Positions 1 to 9,241 of a stretch of DNA of 64,000 nucleotides are shown piece after piece; position 1 is the first letter of the stretch, and every line of letters starts with the position of its first letter. The notes under the pieces are model-generated. The model had not been told where the DNA came from. It was given only the letters and a program-made list of their open reading frames with translations, and made no database searches. This DNA comes from Acidobacteriota bacterium. Lineage in GTDB: Bacteria; Acidobacteriota; UBA4820; DSQY01. A program made the position numbers and the translations under genes. Location of the stretch: contig JBBINO010000001.1 in NCBI GenBank assembly GCA_037443845.1, positions 61,368 through 125,367 on the forward strand. The letters are read 5' to 3'.

Positions 1-2064
1 GCCGAAACCGTACTTCCGGTGGTGGACCCTGGTTCCGGGCCGGAAGCATGACTCCTCCGGAGTGTAGCGCAGATCCTCGAATGCGGCGGCCGCGGCGGCG
101 AAGGACGACGGCTGGGTTCGCTCGCTGACTCCTCCGGCTTCTTCTATGAGCGAAACGGGGATTTCGCGAAGGAAGCTCGATGGGGAGCGGCGCTGCGGAG
201 TTCCGAAGACGTAGCGCTCCCTTGCGAAGGTGAGGTAGAGCCTCTCCATGGCGCGGGTCATTCCCACGTAACAGAGGCGCCGCTCCTCCTCGACTCCCTC
301 CTTTGTGTCGGAGGAGAGCTGGTGAGGGCAGAAGCCCTCTTCAAGCCCGGCAAGGAAGACGACGGGGAACTCCAGCCCTTTGGCGGCGTGAAGGGTCAGC
401 AGCTTGACCGTGTCCGACCCTTCTTTCGATTCAAGGCTGTCCTGGTCGCTTGAAAGCGCCTGGCGCTCAAGGAAGGCGCGAAGGTCTCCCTGTTCTCTGA
501 TCTCGAACTCCCTAATCGCCGAGACCAACTCCTGAAGGTTCTCTATCCTGGACTGGGCCTCCAGCGCGCCCTGTGACTGCGATTTCAGGTACTCGGCCAT
601 GTTTGTCTCTTTGATCACCCAGTCCGCCAGATCCGCGGGCGTCTGGCTTGCCGAGCGGCTCTTGATTGCATCGAGGAGCTTCACGAAATCCTCTATGGAA
701 CGCTTGGCCCGCGCCGGCAAATCGTTCGACGACGCATCCTTCAGGACGTCCCAGAGGCCTACGCCCCTCTCTCTCGCAGCCGTGGCCAGAGAATCGAGCG
801 CAGCCTTTCCGAGCCCCCTGGGAGGCAAGTTTATGATCCTCAGAAGCGCCACGCGGTCCAGAGGGTTCAGAGCGGCCTGGAGGTAGGCGATGACGTCCTT
901 GACCTCCTTGCGCTGGTAAAACTTGAGCCCTCCCACGACCTGGTATGGAATCGAGCGGTTGAGGAGCGCCTCTTCGAAAGCCCTGGACTGGGCGTTTGTT
1001 CGGTAGAGCACCGCCATCTGTTTCCAGCCATAGGAAGTTCTCTTGAGCTGTAGCAGCGTGTCCGCGACGTAAGCGGCCTCTTCCCTGTCGGAGGGCGCTG
1101 AATAGAGCCTGACCGGTTCGCCGCCCGGAATCTCCGTCCAGAGGTTCTTGCCGAGCCTTTTGGTGTTGTGCGCCACCAGCGCGTTCGATGCGGCCAGAAT
1201 CTTGCTGGTTGAGCGGTAGTTTCTCTCCAGGCGGATCACCTGGGCCTTTGGAAAATCCTTCTGAAAATCGAGAATGTTGTTGATGTCGGAGCCTCGCCAG
1301 CTATAGATTGACTGGTCCTCGTCGCCCACCGCGAAGATGTCGTTCCAGCGGCCGGAGAGAAGCCTGAGCAGGCGGTACTGAATCCTGTTGGTGTCCTGAT
1401 ATTCGTCAACGAGGATGTGGTGGAACCGCTCCTGGTACCTTGTCCTCACATCGTCATTCTCCTCGACGAGGCGGAGGGCGAGGTTCAGAAGGTCGTCGAA
1501 ATCTACCGCGTTCGCGGCCTTAAGGCGCGCCTCGTAACCTTTGAAAACGGTGGCGGCCGTTGCCATCCTGGGGTCTTTGGCGGACCGTTCGAGCGCATCG
1601 GGGCCGATGCCATCCGATTTCGCGCGGCTGATCGCCGACTGGATGCCGGCGGGAGAAATCAACTGGTCGGAAATACCGCGCTCGCGCATGACCGCCCGGA
1701 CGACGCTCTTGGAGTCGTCCTGGTCGTAGATGGTGAAATCCCGCGTCCATGGTCCTCGCAATGCCTCAGCGTCGGCGCGCAGCATCCGGGCGCAGATGCC
1801 GTGGAAAGTGCCCATCCAGAGAAATGGCAGGCTTTCCCGCTGCAAGAGCGCAAGAACGCGCTGGCGCATCTCTGAGGCGGCCTTGTTGGTGAAGGTGACG
1901 GCGAGAAGGGCGTGGGGCGACGCGTGCCGCTCGGCCAAGAGCCACGCGATCCGGTGAGCTATGACGCGCGTCTTGCCGGAGCCAGCGCCCGCCAGGACGA
2001 GCACCGGCCCGCCTTCGGCCGCGACCGCGCGCTGCTGTTCTGGGTTGAGGTCTCTAAGAAGCAT
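1..2064 (-). CDS. uvrD: UvrD/PcrA-family ATP-dependent DNA helicase (5' part; gene continues beyond the window start)
   Basis: Reverse-complement of 2064 downward reads MLLRDLNPEQQRAVAAEGGPVLVLAGAGSGKTRVIAHRIAWL (Walker A). Reverse-complement around 1385-1425 reads FHHILVDEYQDTNRIQY (helicase motif III, DEYQDTN). The + strand ORFs listed here are antisense artefacts. Confidence 0.85.
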   Translation of the reverse strand, partial: MLLRDLNPEQQRAVAAEGGPVLVLAGAGSGKTRVIAHRIAWLLAERHASPHALLAVTFTNKAASEMRQRVLALLQRESLPFLWMGTFHGICARMLRADAEALRGPWTRDFTIYDQDDSKSVVRAVMRERGISDQLISPAGIQSAISRAKSDGIGPDALERSAKDPRMATAATVFKGYEARLKAANAVDFDDLLNLALRLVEENDDVRTRYQERFHHILVDEYQDTNRIQYRLLRLLSGRWNDIFAVGDEDQSIYSWRGSDINNILDFQKDFPKAQVIRLERNYRSTSKILAASNALVAHNTKRLGKNLWTEIPGGEPVRLYSAPSDREEAAYVADTLLQLKRTSYGWKQMAVLYRTNAQSRAFEEALLNRSIPYQVVGGLKFYQRKEVKDVIAYLQAALNPLDRVALLRIINLPPRGLGKAALDSLATAARERGVGLWDVLKDASSNDLPARAKRSIEDFVKLLDAIKSRSASQTPADLADWVIKETNMAEYLKSQSQGALEAQSRIENLQELVSAIREFEIREQGDLRAFLERQALSSDQDSLESKEGSDTVKLLTLHAAKGLEFPVVFLAGLEEGFCPHQLSSDTKEGVEEERRLCYVGMTRAMERLYLTFARERYVFGTPQRRSPSSFLREIPVSLIEEAGGVSERTQPSSFAAAAAAFEDLRYTPEESCFRPGTRVHHRKYGFG

Positions 2065-2292
2065 GTCCACGGATTTCCTTTCCAGCCGCGCTATCGCGCG
2101 AGTTTCAGATTATGCCACGCCGTGGCTCTCGGCGCCAGGCCATGCGCCATGGCCCCGAAAATCCGTGATGGGAATGTCTTGCCTGGCGAAATCCGTGCCG
2201 CACCGAAAATGAAACCGATTTCTACTCGCTTACCCCGGCGGGGGTGACGTTGACGGCTTGGCGAAGTAACTCCCGCCCCCGGCCGCCTCCAT

Positions 2293-2321
2293 TTGACATG
2301 GGATGGCCTTTGACTTATAAA
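2293..2321 (+). promoter_or_regulatory. sigma70-like promoter for pilT: TTGACA, 17-nt spacer, TATAAA
   Basis: ttgaca at 2293-2298 and tataaa at 2316-2321 with a 17-nt spacer. The GGGAGG RBS and ATG follow at 2342. Confidence 0.4.
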
Positions 2322-2341
2322 ATGGTGCTACGGGAGGCCGC

Positions 2342-3421
2342 ATGGACGTCTCCATTTTTCAAAAGCTCTTGGTTAGCGCGGTGCAGAAGGGGGCGTCGGA
2401 CGTTCACCTCCAGGCTGGCCACCCGCCGCTGCTGCGCATCAACGGCGACCTGATGGAGGTCAAGTACCACCCGCTCACCCCCGAGGAGACCGCTTCAATC
2501 GCGGAGGAGGTGCTCTCCCACACCTACCGGCGCGACCAGGCGGCCACGCTGACCGAACTTGATGTCTCCTACGGCATCGAAGGGCAGGCGCGGTTCAGGG
2601 TAAACATTTACCGCCAGCGGGGCACCTTCGCGATAATTTTGAGGGTCATTCCGGTCGTAGTCAAAAGCCTCGCCGAGCTCAACCTTCCTCCCGTCATCGA
2701 GCAGATATCGAACCTGCGCCGCGGCCTCGTGCTTGTAGCAGGGGCGACGGGAAACGGTAAATCCACGACGCTGGCGGCGATGGTCGAGATGATCAACCAG
2801 ACAAGGCGCGCTCACATCCTGACGATTGAAGATCCAATCGAGTTCCTTTTCAAGAACAAGATGTCCGCCGTGAGCCAGCGCGAGGTGGGGTGCGACACGC
2901 CGGGGTTCGGCCAGGCTCTCAAGGCCGCCCTCAGGCAGGATCCCGACGTGATAATGATCGGCGAGATGCGCGACGCGGAGACGATTGAGATCGCCATGAA
3001 GGCGGCCGAGACGGGACACCTCGTCCTCTCCTCGGTTCACACCCTCGACTCGGCCTCTACGATAGCCAGGCTCTTAGGCTATTATCCGGGCGACGAGGAG
3101 CCCATAGCCCGCAAACGGCTCGCCGAGTGCCTGATGGCCGTCATCAGCTTGAGGCTTCTGCCCACCAAGGGCGTCTTGGGCCGCGTGCCCGCCGTCGAGA
3201 TTCTTCGCGCCACCCGGACGATTCAGGAGTGCATTAGGGACGCTTCAAAAACCTCCGACATCCCCGCGCACCTTCAAAAGGGCCAGGAGATGTACGGCAT
3301 GCAGACCTTCGACCAGCACCTCGTCAGGCTTGTAAAGGAAGGGATTGTTGACCCCGAGGTTGCAAAGACGGCGGCCAGCAACCCGTCCGACCTTGAACGG
3401 GCGATAATGATGGAAGGCTGA
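2342..3421 (+). CDS. pilT: Type IV pilus retraction ATPase PilT
   Basis: 359 aa. Walker A GATGNGKSTTLAAM, PilT/PilU-like N-terminus (KGASDVHLQAGHPP) and a GGGAGG RBS. Confidence 0.85.
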   Translation: MDVSIFQKLLVSAVQKGASDVHLQAGHPPLLRINGDLMEVKYHPLTPEETASIAEEVLSHTYRRDQAATLTELDVSYGIEGQARFRVNIYRQRGTFAIILRVIPVVVKSLAELNLPPVIEQISNLRRGLVLVAGATGNGKSTTLAAMVEMINQTRRAHILTIEDPIEFLFKNKMSAVSQREVGCDTPGFGQALKAALRQDPDVIMIGEMRDAETIEIAMKAAETGHLVLSSVHTLDSASTIARLLGYYPGDEEPIARKRLAECLMAVISLRLLPTKGVLGRVPAVEILRATRTIQECIRDASKTSDIPAHLQKGQEMYGMQTFDQHLVRLVKEGIVDPEVAKTAASNPSDLERAIMMEG

Positions 3422-3450
3422 CGCCCGGGCGAGGCGAAACCGGCGGGGCG

Positions 3451-4737
3451 TCAGTAAACGATTTTTTTTCTCGGAGCCGCCATCAGCTTCTCGATTTCCC
3501 GGGCCTCGCGTGGAATCTCCAGCGTCAGCACCTCGTAGCCTTTTTCGGTGATCAGGACGTCGTCCTCGATGCGGACGCCGATGCTTTCATCCGCGACGTA
3601 GATGCCGGGTTCGACGGTGATCACCACGCCCGGAACAAGTGGCTCGTCGTACGAGCCCTTGTCGTGCGCCTCTATCCCGAGGTAGTGGGAGGTGCCATGG
3701 AAGAAGTACTTGGCGAAGCCGGCCTTGGCTATAGATTCCGAGGCCGCCTTATGGACCTGGTGGACGAAGGCGCCGGGGCGGCACGCATCGAGGGCGGCCT
3801 GGCGCGCTCCGAGCACGGCCTCGTAAATCTGGCGCTGTCTCTTTGAAAAGCGGCCGGAGACCGGGTAGGTCCTCGTGACGTCGGCGCAGTAGAAATCCTT
3901 GCGGGCACCGATGTCGCAAACGACCAGATCGCCCGCTTTCATCATCCGCCTGTTTTTATCGTAGTGCAGGATGCATGAATAGGGGCCGGACCCGACGATG
4001 CTGGGAAAGGCGAGCCCCTGTGCGCCGCTTGATTTGAAAACGAACTCGATAAGCGCCTGCAATTCGAACTCGTAAAGGCCCGGGCGAAGCTGGCGCGTGA
4101 TGGCATCGTTGGCCCTGGCGGTTATGTTCATCGCCTCGCGCATGTAAGCGATCTCTTTGGAATCTTTGACCCGCCTGAGGCCGGAGGCGAGGCGTCCCAG
4201 GTGGCGAAGCTGCAGAAACGGGTACCTAGTCCGCACCTTCTCCCAAAAGAGCTGGCCGAGGCCGATGGGCCCCTGCAAGGCATCCTCCGGAAAGTCCAGG
4301 TAGATTACGTTTGCCGCTCTTAATGGCCTTATCAGCGCATCTTCCAACTGATGGTAGGAGCCGACGCTGGCGAAGCCAGCCGCTTTCATCGCGCCGAGCC
4401 TCTCGGCGTCGGGCTCGGCGTTGGGGCGCGTCAAGCTTCCCGACGTCAGCACTTTGCCGGTCCAGCGTTCAGCCGCCGGATCGGGCGCCGGCAGGAAGAG
4501 CATTTCGTCGCTCTTTTGCGGCGTCAGTTGAATGAGAAGCGCGGCCTTGGAGGAGGAGACTCCCGTGAAATAGAAGAAATTCGGGTCCGGCAGGAAAGGG
4601 ACCAGGTTCTCTTCTTCCCCGGAAAAGAAGATCGCCACGCTGTTTTCGCCACCTGGCTGCTTTCTCAGAAGGTCAACCAGCGCCTGGCGTCTCTTCGCGT
4701 AAACATTGGGCGCCGCGCTCTTCCTGGCAATTTTCAT
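3451..4737 (-). CDS. pepP: Xaa-Pro aminopeptidase (M24 family)
   Basis: 428 aa with M24 metal-binding motifs (DIGARKDFYCADVTRTYPVSG, HGTSHYLGIEAHD, VITVEPGIY). Confidence 0.8.
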   Translation of the reverse strand: MKIARKSAAPNVYAKRRQALVDLLRKQPGGENSVAIFFSGEEENLVPFLPDPNFFYFTGVSSSKAALLIQLTPQKSDEMLFLPAPDPAAERWTGKVLTSGSLTRPNAEPDAERLGAMKAAGFASVGSYHQLEDALIRPLRAANVIYLDFPEDALQGPIGLGQLFWEKVRTRYPFLQLRHLGRLASGLRRVKDSKEIAYMREAMNITARANDAITRQLRPGLYEFELQALIEFVFKSSGAQGLAFPSIVGSGPYSCILHYDKNRRMMKAGDLVVCDIGARKDFYCADVTRTYPVSGRFSKRQRQIYEAVLGARQAALDACRPGAFVHQVHKAASESIAKAGFAKYFFHGTSHYLGIEAHDKGSYDEPLVPGVVITVEPGIYVADESIGVRIEDDVLITEKGYEVLTLEIPREAREIEKLMAAPRKKIVY

Positions 4738-5129
4738 TTGGGCGCCTGCTTCTCTTGCGGCTGCGGTTCTGCGGGGCCGCTCTTGGACATGGTTATGGTC
4801 CCTTCAATGACTCCGCCCTCCATGACCACAAGGGCGGCGGTGGCAAGCGAGAGGTCGCCGCGAATCTTGCCTTTCGGCTGGATTTCCAGCGCCCCCTTCA
4901 CCTTGACCTTGCCCTCGATGGTGCCGTAGACAACGAGGGAGTTCACCTCTATTTCGCCCGAGACTTTGCCTTTTTCTCCGACGACGAGGCGGTCCGAGCG
5001 AAGTATCTTTCCCTTGAACTCGCCATCCACGCGAAAAGTCTGGGTGAACTCCATGGTTCCGTCCACGCGGACCCCCTCCCCAAGCATTCCTCCGACTTGG
5101 ATGGAGCCGTCGGGCTTCCTCTGCATCAT
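4734..5129 (-). CDS. Bactofilin (DUF583) cytoskeletal protein
   Basis: 131 aa. Repeating beta-helical GxVxG blocks (VDGEFKGKI, VVGEKGKVSGEIEV, YGTIEGKVKVKGALEI) and a Pro/Gln-rich C-terminal tail. The start overlaps the parB stop. Confidence 0.8.
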   Translation of the reverse strand: MMQRKPDGSIQVGGMLGEGVRVDGTMEFTQTFRVDGEFKGKILRSDRLVVGEKGKVSGEIEVNSLVVYGTIEGKVKVKGALEIQPKGKIRGDLSLATAALVVMEGGVIEGTITMSKSGPAEPQPQEKQAPK

Positions 5130-5974
5130 CTGGACCTCCCGCCGATGGATTGCACCAGCTCGAAAAGGTGGTTGAGCTGCTCCTCGTTCTTGAACTTGAT
5201 CGCGACCGAGCCGCCCCGGCCGCGCCTGATGATCGAGACGGGAAGGCCGATCTTGGAGGCCATCGCCTTTTCGGCCGCCTCCGTGTCGGCGTCCGGGCCA
5301 CGCGGCGCGCGCCGCGGCCTCGCCGGCTTGTAGCGTTCCGCCTCCCTGACGGAGAGTCCTTTTGAAAGAATCGCCTTGAAAAGCTCGTCCTGCTCTTCGC
5401 GTTTATGAAGCGCCAGGATGGCCTTGGCGTGGCCGGCGGTAATCTGGCTTGATTCTAAAGCCTTGAGGACAATGGACGGTAAGTGCAGCAATCTCAACGA
5501 GTTAGCTACGGTCGCCCGCTCTTTTCCCACTCTTTTGGAGACCTCATCCTGGGTAAGCCCGACCCCTTCGATGAGTGCCTTGTAGGCCTTTGCCTCCTCG
5601 ACCGGGTTGAGGTCCTCCCGCTGGAGGTTTTCCACGAGCGCGAGCTCCAGAAGCTGAGAGTCTGGGACTTCGCGGACTATCACCGGGACGTTGTGCAGCC
5701 CCGCCTTCTGCGCCGCCCGCCACCGCCTTTCGCCAGCGATTATTTCATAGCGGCCGTTTGACGGGCGGACCAGAATGGGTTGCAGGACCCCGTTTGCCTT
5801 GATCGAATCGGCCAGTTCCGCGAGGGCCGGCTCGGCGAAGCGTTCCCTCGGCTGCCGCGGGTTGGGCTTTAGGCGGTGAATGTCAATCTCGACGACGCGG
5901 CGGCCTTCAGGGCCTGGCGTCGAAATCAGGGCGTCGAGCCCTCTTCCGAGGACGCTTTTAGGGCTGCTGCTCAT
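5126..5974 (-). CDS. parB: Chromosome partitioning protein ParB
   Basis: 282 aa with ParB box motifs (GVLQPILVRP, YEIIAGERRWRAAQKAGL). It overlaps the parA stop. Confidence 0.9.
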   Translation of the reverse strand: MSSSPKSVLGRGLDALISTPGPEGRRVVEIDIHRLKPNPRQPRERFAEPALAELADSIKANGVLQPILVRPSNGRYEIIAGERRWRAAQKAGLHNVPVIVREVPDSQLLELALVENLQREDLNPVEEAKAYKALIEGVGLTQDEVSKRVGKERATVANSLRLLHLPSIVLKALESSQITAGHAKAILALHKREEQDELFKAILSKGLSVREAERYKPARPRRAPRGPDADTEAAEKAMASKIGLPVSIIRRGRGGSVAIKFKNEEQLNHLFELVQSIGGRSR

Positions 5975-6728
5975 GGGCCAAAAACTCCTTTGCCACCTGA
6001 AGATAGGATTGCGCGCCGCGGGAAGAGATGTCGTACAGCAGGATCGGTTTTCCGAACGAGGGAGCTTCGGCCAGTCTCACGTTGCGGGGGATCGAGCTTT
6101 CGTAGACCTTCTTTCCGAAGAAGCGCTGGACCTCTTCGGTGACCTGACGCCCGAGGTTCGTCCTCTCGTCCACCATGGTAAGAAGGACGCCACGTATGGC
6201 AAGGTTCGGGTTGAGCGCTTCGCGAATCCGTTCGAGCGTTCTCAAAAGTTCCGACACGCCCTCCATGGCGAAATACTCGCCCTGGATCGGTATCAGCACT
6301 TCATCGGCGGCCACGAGCGCGTTGAGCGTCAGGAGGCCCAGGGAAGGCGGACAGTCGAGGAGAATGTAGTCGTAACCCCCCTTGAGGGGCTCCAGCGCGC
6401 GCCGCAGAGCGAATTCCCGGCCGTCGGCGGAGGCGAGTTCAACCTCGGCGCCAACGAGGGCGATGGCTCCAGGCAAAAGCCAGAGGTTCGGGAAAGCCGT
6501 CTTGACAATCGCCTCGGCGGCGGTAACACGGCCGGTCATGACGTCGTAAACCGAAGGCCGCTCCTGTGACCCTCGTTGCCCCAAGCCTGAAGTACAGTTG
6601 GTTTGGGGATCGAAATCAACCAGGAGGACCTTCTTTTCGGCCGCGGCAAGCGAGGCGCCCAGGTTGATGACGGTCGTCGTCTTTCCCACGCCGCCCTTCT
6701 GGTTGGCTATGGCTACGATACTTCCCAA
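5958..6728 (-). CDS. parA: Chromosome partitioning ATPase ParA/Soj
   Basis: 256 aa with the deviant Walker A motif IANQKGGVGKTTT. Confidence 0.9.
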   Translation of the reverse strand: MGSIVAIANQKGGVGKTTTVINLGASLAAAEKKVLLVDFDPQTNCTSGLGQRGSQERPSVYDVMTGRVTAAEAIVKTAFPNLWLLPGAIALVGAEVELASADGREFALRRALEPLKGGYDYILLDCPPSLGLLTLNALVAADEVLIPIQGEYFAMEGVSELLRTLERIREALNPNLAIRGVLLTMVDERTNLGRQVTEEVQRFFGKKVYESSIPRNVRLAEAPSFGKPILLYDISSRGAQSYLQVAKEFLAHEQQP

Positions 6729-6799
6729 ATGCTACCTCCCTCGCAAGCCACCATTGTGCCACAAGATGCCCCTCTCGTGAAGAGGAGCTTCGTTTGTCT

Positions 6800-7393
6800 T
6801 CAGCAGGCCGCCCCCTGGCCCGCGGATGTTCCACGTGGAACACGCGCCAGCAGCAGCAGGCTGCCTTCGCTCAGTTGCAATGGAGTGCCCGGAAGGAAGC
6901 CCAGCCCCTTGAGCGCTCTCTCGTACTCCGGCGCCTGGCTTGAGCCCGTCCAGACCAGAAGCGCGCCTCCAGGCAGAATCGAGCGCTTGAGTTCCTTCAG
7001 CAGAGGCCGCCGAAGCTTGACGCCTCTCACCGTGGCGGCATCGAAACGGGCGTTGCCTTGTCTCAGGAATTCCGTGGCTTGAAGCTCAACGACTTCAAGG
7101 CGCAGATCCAAATCTCTTGACGCGGCCCGCAGGAACGCGGCCTTCACGGGAGCCGGTTCGCAGAGGGTGAATTCAAGGGCGGGACGGCGAATGGCTATGG
7201 GAACAGCCGGAAAACCTCCGCCGCTGCCGACGTCAACCACCCTGCCCCGTTCCGGTAGCAGCGGCAGCGCCGCCTCGGCCGTCCCGACCCCCTTCAAAAG
7301 CGCCTCGCGCCTGTCTTTAAAGGCGGTGAGCCCGGCCCCCCTGTTCCAAGCGAAGAGCATGTCCAGGTACCGGCCCAGCTTCTCGCCGCTCAC
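6800..7393 (-). CDS. rsmG: 16S rRNA m7G527 methyltransferase RsmG (GidB)
   Basis: GEKLGRYLDMLFAWNRGAGLTAF and a SAM-binding VVDVGSGGGFP motif. The proposed GTG start at 7393 overlaps the mnmG stop as GTGA. The longer 287-aa ORF extension is probably spurious. Confidence 0.8.
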   Translation of the reverse strand: MSGEKLGRYLDMLFAWNRGAGLTAFKDRREALLKGVGTAEAALPLLPERGRVVDVGSGGGFPAVPIAIRRPALEFTLCEPAPVKAAFLRAASRDLDLRLEVVELQATEFLRQGNARFDAATVRGVKLRRPLLKELKRSILPGGALLVWTGSSQAPEYERALKGLGFLPGTPLQLSEGSLLLLARVPRGTSAGQGAAC

Positions 7394-9210
7394 TTGCCTT
7401 CTCCCCGCGAACAGATGGCTATCCGGAGAATGGAGAGCGCCGCTGGCGTAACCCCTGGAATTCGTTCGGCCTGGCCGATGGTTTCCGGCCGCATCTCTTC
7501 CAACCGCCCGGCCACTTCTCTCGAAAGGCCAGGCAGCCGCTTGAAGTCGAACCCCGCCGGCACCTTGACGCTCCGGGCGGCTTCCAGCCTGGCCACTTCG
7601 CTTCGCTGGCGGCCCTTGTACCCAGCCCCCTTGATCTCGGAAGCCACGTAGAGCCGAACCCATTTGTTCCCAAACGATGAATTGGCCACGAAGGGGGCGG
7701 CATCCTCGGCGCGGCTTTCCGGCCTTGCCAGAAACGACGCCACCGTCCGGGGACCGTCAGGCCCGGGCATTTTAGTCGAGGCCATAGCCGATATGATAGC
7801 GCTTACGGCCGCCTCTCTTGAAGAGATGGCCTTTGTCTCCTCCTCGCCGAAGAGGCCGGCCTCCTCGCCGTGGCGCGCCAGCCGCTTGTAGGCCGTGTGG
7901 CGGTCGAGCAGAAGCCGCTGCTCCGCCCTAGACGTGAAGAGGCGGTATGGCTCCAGCACCCCTTTGGTGACGAGGTCGTCCACCATGACGCCAAGATAGG
8001 CCTCCTCCCTGGCGATTCTGAAAGGCGGTTCGCCGCGTACGGCGCGCGCGGCGTTGTAACCAGCGTACAGCCCGAGCCCCGCGGCCTCTTCATATCCGGT
8101 CGTCCCAAGCACTTGGCCGGCCAAGTAGAGTCCACGTATTGCCCGGCATTCCAGCGAATGAGACACCGCTCTGGGGTCCACCGCGTCGTACTCCACCGCG
8201 TAACCGAACCTGGCTATGCGCGCCTCTTCGAGGCCTGGAATCGAGTGGACGATCTCCTCCTGGACGTCTCGCGGCAACGACGTGGATATTCCGTTGGGGT
8301 ACAACAGACCGCTCTCAAGGCCTTCCGGCTCGATGAAGACCTGGTGCGTCTCGTGGTGGGGAAATTTTACGACCTTGTCCTCGATCGAGGGACAGTACCG
8401 GGGACCTACTCCCGTGATAGCCCCACCGTAGAGCGGAGACCTGTGAAGGTTGGCTTTTATGATATCCGCCGTTTTTCTAGTAGTGCGAGTGAGGTGGCAT
8501 ACCACCTGTGGAAGAGCGGGAAACGGCATGCTCTGTAGCGAGAATGGCTCCGGCTCCGCGTCCCCCTCCTGTATTTCCATCCCGTCGAACCTGACCGACG
8601 ATTTTTCGATCCGGCATGGCGTTCCGGTCTTGAGCCTGATCAAAGGCAATCCGGCGGCCCTGAGCGATTCGGGAAGCAGGGTGGCGGAGAATTCGCCAGT
8701 CCGTCCTCCCGGCGAGCGCTCGTCGCCGATGTAAAGTGCTCCACCCAGGAAGGTTCCCGCCGCCAGCACCACCGCGTTCGCCTGGAGAACTGAACCGCCG
8801 TAAAGCCTTACTCCCTTTGCAGCTCCGGCGACAATTTCGATCCCCGTGACCTGGTCCTCGACCACTTCAAGCCCGGGCAGGGCGCTTACCGTCTTTCTTA
8901 CCAACTCTTCGTAAAGCTCCCTGTCGCTCTGGCACCGCAACCCTTGCACCGCCGGGCCTTTGCTGCTATTGAGCAGCCGGAACTGAATCCCGGTGGCGTC
9001 GGCCGCCTTGGCCATAAGGCCGCCCAGCGCGTCAATCTCTCTTACCAGGTGGCCCTTGGCTACGCCACCGATAGAGGGATTGCAGGACATTCTCCCTATC
9101 GCAGCGGCGTCGGCCGTGACAAGCGCCGTCAAAAGGCCCCTGAGGGCCAGCACGCGCGAGGCTTCGACGCCGGCGTGGCCCCCTCCGACTACGATGACGT
9201 CGTATTTCAA
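7390..9210 (-). CDS. mnmG: tRNA uridine-5-carboxymethylaminomethyl modification enzyme MnmG (GidA)
   Basis: 606 aa with FAD-binding N-terminus MKYDVIVVGGGHAGVEAS. Full-length GidA family. Confidence 0.95.
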   Translation of the reverse strand: MKYDVIVVGGGHAGVEASRVLALRGLLTALVTADAAAIGRMSCNPSIGGVAKGHLVREIDALGGLMAKAADATGIQFRLLNSSKGPAVQGLRCQSDRELYEELVRKTVSALPGLEVVEDQVTGIEIVAGAAKGVRLYGGSVLQANAVVLAAGTFLGGALYIGDERSPGGRTGEFSATLLPESLRAAGLPLIRLKTGTPCRIEKSSVRFDGMEIQEGDAEPEPFSLQSMPFPALPQVVCHLTRTTRKTADIIKANLHRSPLYGGAITGVGPRYCPSIEDKVVKFPHHETHQVFIEPEGLESGLLYPNGISTSLPRDVQEEIVHSIPGLEEARIARFGYAVEYDAVDPRAVSHSLECRAIRGLYLAGQVLGTTGYEEAAGLGLYAGYNAARAVRGEPPFRIAREEAYLGVMVDDLVTKGVLEPYRLFTSRAEQRLLLDRHTAYKRLARHGEEAGLFGEEETKAISSREAAVSAIISAMASTKMPGPDGPRTVASFLARPESRAEDAAPFVANSSFGNKWVRLYVASEIKGAGYKGRQRSEVARLEAARSVKVPAGFDFKRLPGLSREVAGRLEEMRPETIGQAERIPGVTPAALSILRIAICSRGEGK

Positions 9211-9241
9211 TCCATGCTCCGAAACCGTTTGCCAGCCATCG

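Noticed and set aside
599-2247. Multiple + strand ORFs (95-152 aa) in the first 2 kb
   Set aside because: They are antisense to a clearly recognisable UvrD/PcrA helicase on the minus strand, whose Walker A and DEYQDTN motifs read through cleanly.
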